From the NCBI RefSeq assembly GCF_963506605.1, contig NC_083285.1, positions 38,254,001 through 38,318,000 on the forward strand: 64,000 nucleotides of DNA, written 5' to 3'. A program made the position numbers and the translations under genes. The stretch is from Zootoca vivipara (Eukaryota). The notes under the pieces were generated by a model that worked only from the letters and a program-made list of their open reading frames with translations, searched no databases and was not told the DNA's origin. Of the stretch, positions 35,992 to 47,634 are shown in pieces. Each line of letters begins with the position of its first letter. Within the stretch, counting starts at the first letter, position 1.

Positions 35992-38201
35992 ATGGATCAT
36001 GGACTGAATGGCTAAATAACATCATGAAACGTTATACACACGGCAATGTAGGAGAATAAAGTATTTGTTTGCTCAGGCCTCACTGTTGATGTTGGTCAAA
36101 ATAAACTACTAGATTGACAAGTGTTTGCCTTAGTTTTCAGCCTGTTGGAAAAAATGGTTTCATGGTGGCAAAGGGAACTGGTCTACTCCTGAAAAAGGAC
36201 CCCTCATGTGTTGCTACTGACAGTTGGTTAAAGCAGAGAAGAAAATGAATTTCTAGTATTTTACAAGTATGACCTACCAAATTGCTTTGCCTTAATGTGG
36301 GTTCACTTGAGTGTCTGTGAAGGCAGTTCTATAAATTGGGTAATCAGGTTCTTGCTTTACCTCTTTTCATTTTAGTGGTAGGTTAGGTAATCATGTTTAC
36401 AAATATTCATCACTAACCCAATGAGAGATATGTATTCAAAGTATATGTATGGCCAGTTAATCGTTATTGAAAGGTCTTGACATATCTATCAGCAAGGATA
36501 GGTTATTATTTGTTGCATTCTTGCCATGACAAATAAGAACAAGTTACAATATTTTAAAGCCAAAACAAACACTGTCTTAAAACATCCTACCCATGCAAAA
36601 TGGCAGTAGTTAAAAGCTGGAGGTCTGGTTAAAAAGGAATGTGCCTGAAGATATGTAATGATGGTGTCAGGCAGGAGCCACCATTGACAAGGCTTGCTCT
36701 TGTGTTGCCACCCTCCAATCAGTACCTGGTCATAAATCCATTGCTAAATAGGGCTCGCAGTACCCTGATGCTGTTATGGAGTGCCCATTGGCATGTGAAA
36801 CATATATGGGGGTATATGCTGGTTTAGAGCCCTTTTGCAAACGGGGGACATATAGCCATAGCTATGGATACCCAGCCTGAAGGAGTTCCGAGTGGTCAGT
36901 GGCCGAAATAAAAAGCTATGGGCAGTAATCAAGGTGAGTCATACTCACATAGATGCACTAAAATCAAGTTATATATGCATTTGTATGTTATCAGCAATCT
37001 ACAAATAAGAACACTGTTACCTCAAAAGATCCACCTAGTCCTGTTTACAGCAGTACCAGGCATGTTTCTAGAAAGCCCACAAGCAAGATGTAACAGCTGT
37101 CCTTAATAACTGCCAACTGGTATTTAGTAATTAATTTATTTGAAAAGTTCAATTTTATTAGTGTCTAATAATTGCATGGCTTCCTAAATCAAACCATTGG
37201 GTCATTACCTTGGCAGTGGCTGTTCAGGATTTTGGAAATAATACCCTTCCAACTCTACAAGGAGATGCTGGGGATTTAATTTGGGACCTATAGCCTATGA
37301 GTTGTTTTTTTACCATTTAAAAGCTGTTTGCCACCGTTTATACTGCATGCAACTTGGCTCTAGCAAGATGCATTTGTAAAGTCATTTTTCCACCACTGGA
37401 TAGATTGGGGGACCCAGAATTCTATTTCAAGAAAAGTCATTTCCCACAGGTATACAAGTGTCCCAAGTAATTTTTCTTCTACGCACTCATTTAGTCATGT
37501 TTTTATTAGCTCTTGTTTGAGATGGCGTGACTGAAACTGTATACAGTACTACTGTAAACATGGCTCTACAATCCACCTATAAAAGGCATTTTTAATACCT
37601 TGTAAGTGTGTGCTTATTACCCAGAATAGCTTTTCTGAAAAATGGGAGGGCTGCTGATCCAGCAGAGCCTGCCCATAACGTGGAAGGGGAGATTTCCTTA
37701 CTGCACTTCAATGTGTTGGAACATAGAGCAGAATTCTGCTTGCAGTACTGTATTCTTTTGGTTTAATCTTCTATTTTTGGTCTTCTACAATCATTTTAAC
37801 ATCCAATACTATTCAAGACTTACTGAAACGTTTTACAACTACAACTTTGTGATTTATAAAATAATTTTTGATCTAGTTATCATTGATTGAATGCAACTCA
37901 ATTATATGTGACACTCCACTTGTAAGACTGCAGTCCTCAATAGTTCCTTGGGTGTAGGTTGTAGTGAACATGACAGCACCACGTTTTACTATCTGAATCA
38001 GAAGTGTGCTTGCACATGAAAGTTCATACCAATAACAAACTTAGTTGGTCTCTAAGGTGCTACTGGAAGGAATTTTTTAATTTTGTTTCGTCTATGAATT
38101 CAATTTGCTGTATGCAGATAATCTTAAATTCACTACTGCTTCAACCCCAAAACTTAAATCTTGAAGAGTAACCTAGCAACCTCAAGCAGTGCTAAATAGG
38201 A

Positions 38202-38957
38202 CTATTTCAAATCTGAAACGTCACTTAGTTCATCACTCATAGTTTTAACATCACTCTGAGCAGAAGTCAAATTGAAGAGTTTCTTATTTAGGAAAGAAAT
38301 TTCTTTCTGTCTTTCCATTAGATCCCCAAGCAGTCTCCCTATTCTTAATGTTAGTTCATCTAGCATTGGTTCCAAATGTGCCAAATCCATCTTTAAGTTG
38401 TGTACTTTTGGTTTTAAGTCATTTGCAAAGGCTACTGTTGTAAGAACTTTGGCTCTATCACTTTCCAAATCTAAAAGCTTATTTAATTGCTTGTTAAGTT
38501 CAGCATTCAGCTCAGATGATTTTGTCTTAATGTGTTCTATTTGTCTGGCATTTTCAGATGCAGAACTCCGTAGTATTGTAGTCCTGTCAATGCTGTTTGT
38601 AAGGAGAGTCCCTATACTTTTTATTGTAGTCCTTTCAGCTTTATCAACTTTGTCTTCTAGAGTATGTAGATTCTCTACCAGTGAGGTTACATCTGCTTCA
38701 AGACCTGAAATGCGTCTAATATCAGTCTTCACAGCGGCAATCTTTACAGAGAAGTTATTAGTTACTGAAGCGATAATCTCCTCATATTTAGTAACTGCAC
38801 GAAAGAGAGATGTTAAGTTCTGCTGAAGCTCCTCTTCTTCTTGACTTAACTTACTAGACCAGATCTGCATGGTGTTCACTTCCTCCTGCAAGTGCTTCAT
38901 CTGAGCAATTATATGAAGATCTTCCAGTTGCTCCATTAAGCTTAATGTCTTCTCACA
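38202..38957 (-). CDS. IKBIP: IKBIP distal alternative terminal exon (347-aa isoform)
   Basis: ttag|CEKTLSLMEQLEDL...KTDIRRISGL...LESDRAKVL...FANDLKPKVHNLK; coiled coil; phase 0. Confidence 0.92.
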   Translation of the reverse strand, partial: CEKTLSLMEQLEDLHIIAQMKHLQEEVNTMQIWSSKLSQEEEELQQNLTSLFRAVTKYEEIIASVTNNFSVKIAAVKTDIRRISGLEADVTSLVENLHTLEDKVDKAERTTIKSIGTLLTNSIDRTTILRSSASENARQIEHIKTKSSELNAELNKQLNKLLDLESDRAKVLTTVAFANDLKPKVHNLKMDLAHLEPMLDELTLRIGRLLGDLMERQKEISFLNKKLFNLTSAQSDVKTMSDELSDVSDLK

Positions 38958-40938
38958 CTAAGAATTAAAAAAAATCAGGAGAAAATTGCATTTTAATTTT
39001 ATACCAGCTGTCTAGAAACTTAATTAAAATATTAATGTACAATATATTCTTTAGTGTTTCCTTCAAACTTTAAAGGGAGAAAGGATGTGCAACTCATACA
39101 TATGTTTTTGATTAATTTATTAATCAATGGTGTTAGGTCCCAAAAACAGGCATATTAGAGTGCAGAGGTGTATTTAGTTTTCTAGCAATGGGGAAAATTG
39201 TAAATCTTGATTCTCATCAACAAGCAGTTTTCCCATATTACACTTATAAGATGAACAAGATCCTTAGAGGTGGTTGTCTTACCATGGAAGAGGCAAAAGG
39301 AACAATAAATAAACAAATCATAAAATAAGTAGGACCTTTCCCTAATCTTGTACCAAATTATCCAGCCCAGGTTATTTATTAAAATGTGAATTTATTTTTA
39401 TAGTTGCATGATATTTGATGCTTACCCTGTGAAGCATCTTAGTTCCAATGTTATTACAAAAAAAGTTATTTAAAGTGTTACCAGCATTGCTACTGATATT
39501 GCAATAGGTCACAACTTGCTAATCTGAAAGTTATAGTAAAACCAGAATCTGATTATTGGATACGTAACTCATCTAGCTGTATGAATAAATAGAAGAAAAT
39601 AGTTTTGTTTCACCAGCTGGGCGCTTTTCTTTGGACAGGTAGGGAAGTTTTTGGATAGGTAATGCCCACAGACAAGCTTTACACATTTCTATTTAAATTT
39701 TTGTTGGTTTCAGAGTTGGGGGATAGTGTTAAACAAGGAGACAAAGGGCTGAAAATTACAGGAAAACCACCACAAGTCACAAGATTTGTGTATGCTTTTC
39801 ATTTTTCAATTTTCATTTTTCGCAAAGTTCTTAACAGGATTTAAGTTTTTATGAAACAGCAGCAGGTGTTATTACAGCACCAATTCATTCCATTCTATTG
39901 TGTATAATGCGGATTACTCCTTAGTAACTGATTTTTAGCTCTTCCTAGAATTTGCTTATGGATTTTACAAAACCCCAGAATTTTGTAATCTGTCATAGAT
40001 CAAATACTTCCTTATCTAATTGGTATCAGGCTCTAGAAAAATCAGGTGTATGGAAATGGAGAAAAACGTGAAAACAGGAGGAGCAATCAGACATTTTCTA
40101 CACCCTCACTTTACAAGTTGGCTCCTTAATAGTTTGTTATAATTACAACTGATGTTCTTTCTAATAAAATACACTTTGGGTGGCAATATTCTAGAAAAAT
40201 GGCACACAGGCGAATGCATACAAAACTAGCATATAGTACTTTAATAGGCTCTACTATCCGGAAAAAATGGTGTTGCTGCATTTTACTGTTAAAGCAAAAC
40301 AAATGTGTCTGTGTGAATAACTGTTGGCTTTTCAAAGTCAGGTCCAAGGAAAATTGCTTCCTCCTACTAATCACACCCAATTGTACCATCTCATTCTAAA
40401 TAACTTTTTATTATTTTTTCTGACTTACATGATTCTGTGCAGCATATGCAAGTGGTGAAGTGGGAATACCTTTCATATGACAATTAATATGCCTTTATTA
40501 ATTGCTTTATTACATTTCTTTCCATATACCTATCAATTAAATATCTATAGTTTCCCCTGCCTTTACTCCATAAAGCCCTTATTTATCAAGATACCTTTTA
40601 GCTTTGTGATAATCCAGTTGTAATATCTGTATCCATACCTGCTTTCTCTGAAAGCATGGTGTTCAAACTTTGTAACAGTTAAAGCAACCTTTTAAGCTGA
40701 AATGAGCATAAATACATTAACTTGAATAATACAGCTTAACAGATATTGTATATCTTCCTAATACAATGTAGGATGCAAATACATATTCCAATAAAAAAAA
40801 CCCACATAGGAATGCAAACGTATTTTCACCTTTTCAAAGTCTTCTCATGTAAAGGGAAAAACCTTGCTTATTTCAGTGAATACCAACCAGCTAATTGAAG
40901 TTGCAATTGCTTCAGCAATACTGTTCATTATGACTAGT

Positions 40939-41757
40939 TCACTCGTCATTCACACTGTGGTACTTTTCTATATATTTTTCTGTTTCTGTTGTAGATTCTG
41001 CAAAGTCATGGACTTTCTCTTTTAACACAAGCACTTCATTCTGCAGTTTTAGTAGGCTGTTATCATACTGCATGCCTTCAAGCGTTTTTTGTATGTCCAT
41101 TATATCAGATACAGCTTTCATCATTTCATCTTCCACACTGAACACCTTTATAGTCATGTCTTCCATTTTCTTCTCTACAGCCGTTAGATCCCTTGATAGT
41201 CTAACAACAGAGTGAATCGCATTCTCTATTGCTGGTAAATGAGTTTTGCACTCTTCCAGTTTGGGTTCATAGACTGCAAGCTTTTGCCTTAGATCATTAT
41301 TTCTGGCTAATATACTGTTCTGCTGCTCTTCTAATTTTCCAACTGCCTTGGTATCAGACTGTAGCTGCTGCTCAACTTTAGCCAGTTCATCTTCCTCTTG
41401 CCTACTTAATGTTTTGAGGTTTCTTACAGTACTGTCTTCAAGATCTTTCAGTCTTTCAGAAAGGGATTTTAGTTTTTGATCTGCTGCGTTGATTTGAGAG
41501 GTCACTTCGATATGTAAAAGCCTGGCTTCCGATTTTAAACTGCTAGTATTTGTATCCAGTTCAGTCTGGCTCTTTTCCCAGGACTTAATTATATTTTGAA
41601 AATTTGCATCAGTGGTCTGCATCTTTTTAGAGAGTGCCTGCTCACTGTTTTGAATGTCACGTATTATGTTACGGAGGTTAGATACTTCTTGTTCAAACTT
41701 GGTCACCATGGAGAGAAAGAAAGAGGCTTCCTGCAGGATACCCGAAGAAGATTCAAA
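40939..41757 (-). CDS. IKBIP: IKBIP proximal alternative terminal exon (368-aa isoform)
   Basis: tgcag|FESSSGILQEAS...KFEQEVSNL...PKLEECKTHLPAIENAIHS...; phase 0; stop TGA at 40941-40939. Confidence 0.92.
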   Translation of the reverse strand, partial: FESSSGILQEASFFLSMVTKFEQEVSNLRNIIRDIQNSEQALSKKMQTTDANFQNIIKSWEKSQTELDTNTSSLKSEARLLHIEVTSQINAADQKLKSLSERLKDLEDSTVRNLKTLSRQEEDELAKVEQQLQSDTKAVGKLEEQQNSILARNNDLRQKLAVYEPKLEECKTHLPAIENAIHSVVRLSRDLTAVEKKMEDMTIKVFSVEDEMMKAVSDIMDIQKTLEGMQYDNSLLKLQNEVLVLKEKVHDFAESTTETEKYIEKYHSVNDE

Positions 41758-42377
41758 CTGCATTTGTAACACAAAACAATGTCCATCTTCACTTAATACA
41801 GATTTTGCACTTTTTTTTAAAAAAAAAATTATACAAAGGTTTTCGATAAACATAATAAGTTTTGTGTGTGTGTGTGTATATATATATATACAGGTGAAAC
41901 TCGGAAAATTAGAATATCTGCAGCAAAATGAATGTTGCTTTTTAAAAGTAACAGCAGAAAGCAAAACATGAAAAGAAAAAAGACAAACCATTTAAGCTAT
42001 AGTCTCATGATCACAAGACTCACACAATAAATATTAGAATATTTTTCATAAGTAATTGCACTATACAAGGTAAAACTTAAATGCCATTAAATGAATACAA
42101 TTTCAAACAGCATAAATGCTTCTGGTAGAGATACTGATAATTTTTGAATACATTCTTAATTAGCATTTATTCAGTATTATGCTCTATGACATTCAAAAGG
42201 TAAAATAGTGGCTGCAATATGGCACAGACTTATTTCTCAGCAAGTATGTTTAGCAGCTCAAATCAATTTAAAGTGTAATCGACTCAGGAAAAAAGTTCAG
42301 TGTTACTTCCAGGAAGTTTGCATAAGATTGAAACTTTAAGCATCTGGTTTTCAGAGAAGAAACTGACTTCATTCATT

Positions 42378-42382
<5 letters not shown>

Positions 42383-42431
<49 letters not shown>
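42383..42431. repeat. (TA)n microsatellite, left flank of BovB copy 1
   Basis: Direct reading; a matching (AT)n tract lies at 45656-45707. Confidence 0.95.
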
Positions 42432-42433
<2 letters not shown>

Positions 42434-42560
42434 CCTTCATGGATCAATGCCTTGTCATGGCGAAGGGGCTTGAATAACTCGGAGAAGCTATGAGCTATGC
42501 CATGCAGGGCCACCCAAGATGGACAGGTCATAGTGGAGAGTTTTGACTAAACGTGATCCA
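42432..42560 (+). ncRNA. Predicted HDV-like self-cleaving ribozyme at the BovB 5' end (copy 1, L3 G>A variant)
   Basis: P1 CCCCTTC/GAAGGGG, P2 TGGATCA/TGATCCA, P3 GCC/GGC, L3 TTGTCAT, P1.1 G-C, P4 base AACTC/GAGTT, J4/2 CTAA. Manual fold only. Confidence 0.65.
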
Positions 42561-45500
42561 CCTGGAGAAGGAACTGGCAAGCCACTCCAGTATCCCTGCC
42601 AAGAAAACTCCATGGACAAAGACAACAGGCATATAAAAGTTATGACGCTGGAAGATGAGCCCCTCAGGTCGGAAGGCGTCCAACATGCTACTGAGGAAGA
42701 GCGGAGGACAAGTACAAGTAGATTCAGAGCTGATGAAGCGACTGGGCCAAAGCCGAAAGGATGCTCAGTTGCGGATATGCCTGGAAGCGAAAGGAAAGTC
42801 CGATGCTGTAAAGAAAAATATTGCATAGGAACCTGGAATGTAAGAACCATGAGTGGAGGTAAGCTGGATGTGGTCAAAAATGAGATGACAAGAATAAATA
42901 TCGACATCCTGGGCATCAGTGAACTAAAATGGAAGGGAATGGGCGAATTCAGTTCGGGTGACTATCATATCTACTACTGTGGGCAAGAATCCTGTAGCAG
43001 AAATGGAGTGGCCCTCATAGTCAACAAAAGAGTGGCAAAAGCTGTAATGGGATGCAATCTCAAAAATGACAGAATGATCTCGATACGAATCCAAGGCAGA
43101 CCTTTTAACATCACAGTAATCCAAGTTTATGCACCAACTACCGGTGCTGAAGAAAGTGAAATTGACCAATTCTATGAAGACCTACAACAACTTCTAGAAA
43201 TGACACCAAAGAAGGATGTTCTTCTCATTACAGGGGATTGGAATGCTAAAGTAGGGAATCAAGAGATAAAAGGAACAACTGGCAAGTTTGGCCTTGGAGT
43301 TCAAAATGAAGCAGGGCAAAGGCTAATAGAGTTCTGTCAAGAGAACAAGCTGGTCATCACAAACACTCTCTTCCAACAACACAAGAGACGACTCTACACA
43401 TGGATATCACCAAATGGGCAGCATCGAAATCAGATTGATTATATTCTCTGCAGCCAAAGATGGAGAAGCTCTATACAGTCAGCAAAAACAAGACCTGGAG
43501 CTGACTGTAACTCAGATCATCAGCTTCTTATAGCAAAATTCCAGCTTAAACTGAAGAAAGTAGGAAAAACCACTGGGCCAGTAAGATACAATCTGAATCA
43601 AATCCCTTATGAATACACAGTGGAAGTGAGGAACAGGTTTAAGGATTTAGATTTGGTGGACAGAGTGCCTGAAGAACTATGGATGGAGGCTCGTAACATT
43701 ATACAGGAGGCAGCAACGAAAACCATCCCAAGGAAAAGGAAATGCAAGAAAGCAAAATGGCTATCCAACAAGGCCTTACAAATAGCGGAGGAGAGGAGGC
43801 AAGCAAAATGCAAGGGAGATAGGGAAAGATACAGGAAACTGAATGCAGATTTCCAAAAAACAGCAAGGAGAGACAAGAGGGTCTTCTTAAATGAGCAATG
43901 CAAAGAAATAGAGGAAAACAATAGAATGGGGAAAACCAGAGATCTGTTCAAGAAAATTGGAGATATGAAAGGAACATTTCGTACAAAGATTACCATAATC
44001 AAGGACAAAAGTGGTAAGGACCTAACAGAAGCAGAAGACATCAAGAAGAGGTGGCAGGAATACACAGAGGAATTATACCAGAAAGATATGGAGGTCTCGT
44101 ACACCCCAGGTAGTGTGGTTGCTGACCTTGAGCCAGACATCTTGGAGAGTGAAGTCAAATGGGCCTTAGAAAGCACTGCTAATAACAAGGCCAGTGGAAG
44201 TGATGATATTCCAGCTGAACTATTTAAAATTTTAAAAGATGATGCTGTTAAGGTGCTACACCCAATATGCCAGCAAGTTTGGAAAACTCAGCAATGGCCA
44301 GAGGATTGGAGAAGATCAGTCTACACCCCAATTCCAAAGAAGGGCAGTGCCAAAGAATGCTCCAACTACCGCACAATTGCGCTCATTTCACACGCTAGCA
44401 AGGTTATGCTTAAAATTCTACAAGGCAGGCTTAGGCAGTATGTGGACCGAGAACTCCCAGAAGTGCAAGCTGGATTTCGAAAGGGCAGAGGAATCAGAGA
44501 CCAAATAGCAAACATGCGCTGGATTATGGAGAAAGCTAGAGAGTTCCAGAAAAACGTCTACTTCTGCTTCATTGACTATGCAAAAGCCTTCGACTGTGTC
44601 GACCACAGCAAACTATGGCAAGTTCTTAAAGAAATGGGAGTGCCTGATCACCTCATCTGTCTCCTGAGAAATCTCTATGTGGGACAAGAAGCTACAGTTA
44701 GAACTGGATATGGAACAACTGATTGGTTCAAAATTGGGAAAGGAGTACGACAAGGTTGTATATTGTCTCCCTGCTTATTTAACTTATATGCAGAATTCAT
44801 CATGCGAAAGGCTGGACTAGATGAATCCCAAGCCGGAATTAAGATTGCCGGAAGAAATATCAACAACCTCAGATATGCAGATGACACAACCTTGATGGCA
44901 GAAAGCGAGGAGGAATTAAAGAACCTTTTAATGAGGGTGAAAGAGGAGAGCGCAAAATATGGTCTGAAGCTCAACATCAAAAAAACCAAGATCATGGCCA
45001 CTGGTCCCATCACCTCCTGGCAAATAGAAGGGGAAGAAATGGAGGCAGTGAGAGATTTTACTTTCTTGGGCTCCTTGATCACTGCAGATGGTGACAGCAG
45101 TCACGAAATTAAAAGACGCCTGCTTCTTGGGAGAAAAGCAATGACAAACCTAGACAGCATCTTAAAAAGCAGAGACATCACTTTGCCGACAAAGGTCCGT
45201 ATAGTTAAAGCTATGGTTTTCCCAGTAGTGATGTATGGAAGTGAGAGCTGGACCATAAAGAAGGCTGATCGTCGAAGAATTGATGCTTTTGAATTATGGT
45301 GCTGGAGGAGACTCTTGAGAGTCCCATGGACTGCTAGAAGATCAAACCTATCCATTCTTAAGGAAATCAGCCCTGAGTGCTCCCTGGAAGGACAGATCGT
45401 GAAGCTGAGGCTCCAATACTTTGGCCACCTCATGAGAAGAGAAGAATCCTTGGAAAAGACCCTGATGTTGGGAAAGATGGAGGGCACTAGGAGAAGGGGA

Positions 45501-45644
45501 CGACAGAGGACGAGATGGTTGGACAGTGTTCTCGAAGCTACGAACATGAGTTTGACCAAACTGCGGGAGGCAGTGCAAGACAGGAGTGCCTGGCGTGCTA
45601 TGGTCCATGGGGTCACGAAGAGTCGGACACGACTAAACGACTAA
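42543..45644 (+). CDS. BovB endonuclease-reverse transcriptase ORF (1033 codons from TTG; first ATG at 42612)
   Basis: APE motifs GTWNVR, ILGISE, GDWN, IDYI, SDH; RT motifs QGCILSP and YADD; no stops. Confidence 0.95.
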   Translation: MTKRDPPGEGTGKPLQYPCQENSMDKDNRHIKVMTLEDEPLRSEGVQHATEEERRTSTSRFRADEATGPKPKGCSVADMPGSERKVRCCKEKYCIGTWNVRTMSGGKLDVVKNEMTRINIDILGISELKWKGMGEFSSGDYHIYYCGQESCSRNGVALIVNKRVAKAVMGCNLKNDRMISIRIQGRPFNITVIQVYAPTTGAEESEIDQFYEDLQQLLEMTPKKDVLLITGDWNAKVGNQEIKGTTGKFGLGVQNEAGQRLIEFCQENKLVITNTLFQQHKRRLYTWISPNGQHRNQIDYILCSQRWRSSIQSAKTRPGADCNSDHQLLIAKFQLKLKKVGKTTGPVRYNLNQIPYEYTVEVRNRFKDLDLVDRVPEELWMEARNIIQEAATKTIPRKRKCKKAKWLSNKALQIAEERRQAKCKGDRERYRKLNADFQKTARRDKRVFLNEQCKEIEENNRMGKTRDLFKKIGDMKGTFRTKITIIKDKSGKDLTEAEDIKKRWQEYTEELYQKDMEVSYTPGSVVADLEPDILESEVKWALESTANNKASGSDDIPAELFKILKDDAVKVLHPICQQVWKTQQWPEDWRRSVYTPIPKKGSAKECSNYRTIALISHASKVMLKILQGRLRQYVDRELPEVQAGFRKGRGIRDQIANMRWIMEKAREFQKNVYFCFIDYAKAFDCVDHSKLWQVLKEMGVPDHLICLLRNLYVGQEATVRTGYGTTDWFKIGKGVRQGCILSPCLFNLYAEFIMRKAGLDESQAGIKIAGRNINNLRYADDTTLMAESEEELKNLLMRVKEESAKYGLKLNIKKTKIMATGPITSWQIEGEEMEAVRDFTFLGSLITADGDSSHEIKRRLLLGRKAMTNLDSILKSRDITLPTKVRIVKAMVFPVVMYGSESWTIKKADRRRIDAFELWCWRRLLRVPWTARRSNLSILKEISPECSLEGQIVKLRLQYFGHLMRREESLEKTLMLGKMEGTRRRGRQRTRWLDSVLEATNMSLTKLREAVQDRSAWRAMVHGVTKSRTRLND

Positions 45645-45655
<11 letters not shown>

Positions 45656-45707
<52 letters not shown>
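45656..45707. repeat. (AT)n microsatellite, right flank of BovB copy 1
   Basis: Direct reading. Confidence 0.95.
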
Positions 45708-45711
<4 letters not shown>

Positions 45712-45857
45712 AATGATGTAATTACTAAACTTGATTTTGCACCTAAGTGTAGATTATCTAGCAACGTACAGTTAATACTAGTTAATGAGAAAATATCTCA
45801 GACTTTAGAGAAGTTGAGAAACACCCACAGCATTAAAATGACACCCTTTTGAATTAC

Positions 45858-45975
45858 CTTTTCAGATATTAAGTTAATCTTATTTTCCGTATCTTGAAAC
45901 TTGGCAGCTTCCTGCTTTAATAAATAGTATTTCTCTTCCACTTCAGCCAGCTGAGCTGACTGCTGAAAAAGAAAC
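45858..45975 (-). CDS. IKBIP: IKBIP second coding exon
   Basis: cccag|G FLFQQSAQLAEVEEKYYLLKQEAAKFQDTENKINLISEK|gtaatt; 118 nt. Confidence 0.94.
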
Positions 45976-47464
45976 CTGGGAAATGTAGAAATTAGAAAAA
46001 CAGAATCAGCAAACAACTTACAAAGCAATAGACTTTTTCCACGTTACTGAATCACCTACTTCAGCACAACTTGCAATCCAAAAATATGGCTGAAACTTTA
46101 TACGTGGAACACACATGGACAACAAAAACAGAGTTTAGTACATCCTACTCTTAGGAAAAACTGCAGCAGAAGAAAGGCCAAACTAAAAAATAAACTGAAA
46201 AATAAATATTTAAATGTAATGGTTCTTTAGGCCCTAAACTTTAGGGTCTCGCCTTGAAAGATACATATGCCTGCATAGAGTTCCAGGTCATCAGGTTCTG
46301 ATTTCTGTTTACATTTAGGTACATCCACACTGCTATTAATGTAATTACTTGTATAATTAAAATTTACAATTCACTTAATATTCTGATCCTAAAGTCATAC
46401 AAACTTTAAATAGTTACCTACCCAGCAGCACCAGTGGCTTCTGCCAGTTGAAGCCCATTGTAAAAACATTTAATATAATATTGTTCATGCCCACCTAGAC
46501 TCCAGTGGCCCCGTTTAGAGAGGTATTGCCAGGATTATTTTTCTGGAGTACAAATTACTCTGATTATTATCTGGATACGAGTAACCTCAACAGGTGCTCT
46601 AAAAAGTCACAGCTTTTCCCCAAATAGCTCCTTAATACAGTATATTGAAGAGACAGCATATGGACCAGGATACATATAAATTCCTCACCGAAATCTCCTC
46701 TTCCCCAGACTTTTAATGATATCCTTTGATTGTCAAAATGTTTTAGAATGAATGGCATATCAGTTGCATCCTGCCCTACCTCTGTCTTAAATCCCGGTCA
46801 CATAACGCATTTATATGGAAATGCCATACTTAATTTAGTGATAACAGTAGAGCCAAACACAGATGTTAGGTATTATACCAATTCATGTCCTAACCCTGCT
46901 GGGCAAACTAAGACATGATTCTGGCTTAACATAGGTCAGCACCTCAAACTAGGCAGTGAGCAGAACCTGAAAGAAACTTTTGACAATATCTTGGCTTTTG
47001 ACATGTATATAGCCTAAGATCACAGCTACAGACTTCTAAAAGAAGGGAAAGAATGGCATCGGTCAGTGGTGCTACACAACCAGAAAGCATTTCATTTCCC
47101 ACAAGTGGCTAGTCCCTACATAAATATAGGAATGAACTGACTCTCAGCAATTTCTTGGGTAGCCCAATCCTATAAATGTTTAGTTAGCAGTAAGTTGAGT
47201 TGAATGGAATTTATTCTCAAATAATTGCACATACAATTTCAGCTTAGCCTTGATTTTAAAATTCAGTTACAAATATATGCCATAATTAAAGAGCAAATGT
47301 GAAGGATTCTGTTAAGGCATGATGTTTATACTTAACAGTATAGACAGATGACTTGAGCCCCAAAGCTGAACCTGCCAACCAGCTCAAGATGAAGAAACAG
47401 GTTTGGGGTTATCACTTGCAGAAGACATCAGTGTAAAGACTAACTTTCCAGTCATTTTGCTTAC

Positions 47465-47634
47465 CATGACAGCCCTACGCAAGCTATAAGGGACAGTAAA
47501 CTCGAGGCCGTTCGTGGGTCCCACCAGCCGGACTTTTCATCACCAGTAGTCCTCAAGATAGGTGCTGTCTTCCCTTGATCTTCAGTTGATTTAGCTGAAA
47601 GGTTAGCTTTCCTTCTTTGCTTAACTTCAGCCAT
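47465..47634 (-). CDS. IKBIP: IKBIP first coding exon (basic N-terminus and start of TM helix)
   Basis: MAEVKQRRKANLSAKSTEDQGK...WWDPRTASSLLSLIACVGLSW; donor GTAAGC; upstream acceptor ctatgcag at 47661. Not in the ORF track. Confidence 0.92.

Larger units (their letters stand above)
42432..45655 (+). mobile_element. Full-length BovB (RTE-clade) LINE, copy 1, in an IKBIP intron (antisense to host)
   Basis: 3224 bp, single intact APE-RT ORF, 3' end GGGGTCACGAAGAGTCGGACACGACTAAACGACTAAA(CAA)n; inserted within (TA)n. Confidence 0.96.

Noticed and set aside
36820-36925. CTGAAGGA...GAAA with flanking CCCAGC/GCTATGGG, a possible hammerhead; also a GTTTAGAGC sgRNA-like start
   Set aside because: The core is not CTGANGA, there is no helix III or NUH triplet, and the scaffold resemblance is only 9 nt.
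38272-38826. 184-aa plus-strand ORF
   Set aside because: Antisense shadow of the IKBIP terminal exon.
41758-41991. N-terminal extension of the 350-aa IKBIP ORF in the track
   Set aside because: Intronic read-through across a microsatellite and a short Tc1-like TIR remnant (CAGGTGAAACTCGGAAAATTAGAATAT at 41891); the real exon begins at the acceptor at 41757.
42488-45616. Several 60-190 aa ORFs antisense to or overlapping BovB copy 1, mirrored at 54921-58049
   Set aside because: Shadow ORFs of the LINE coding strand; they recur only because the element is duplicated and show no independent motifs.
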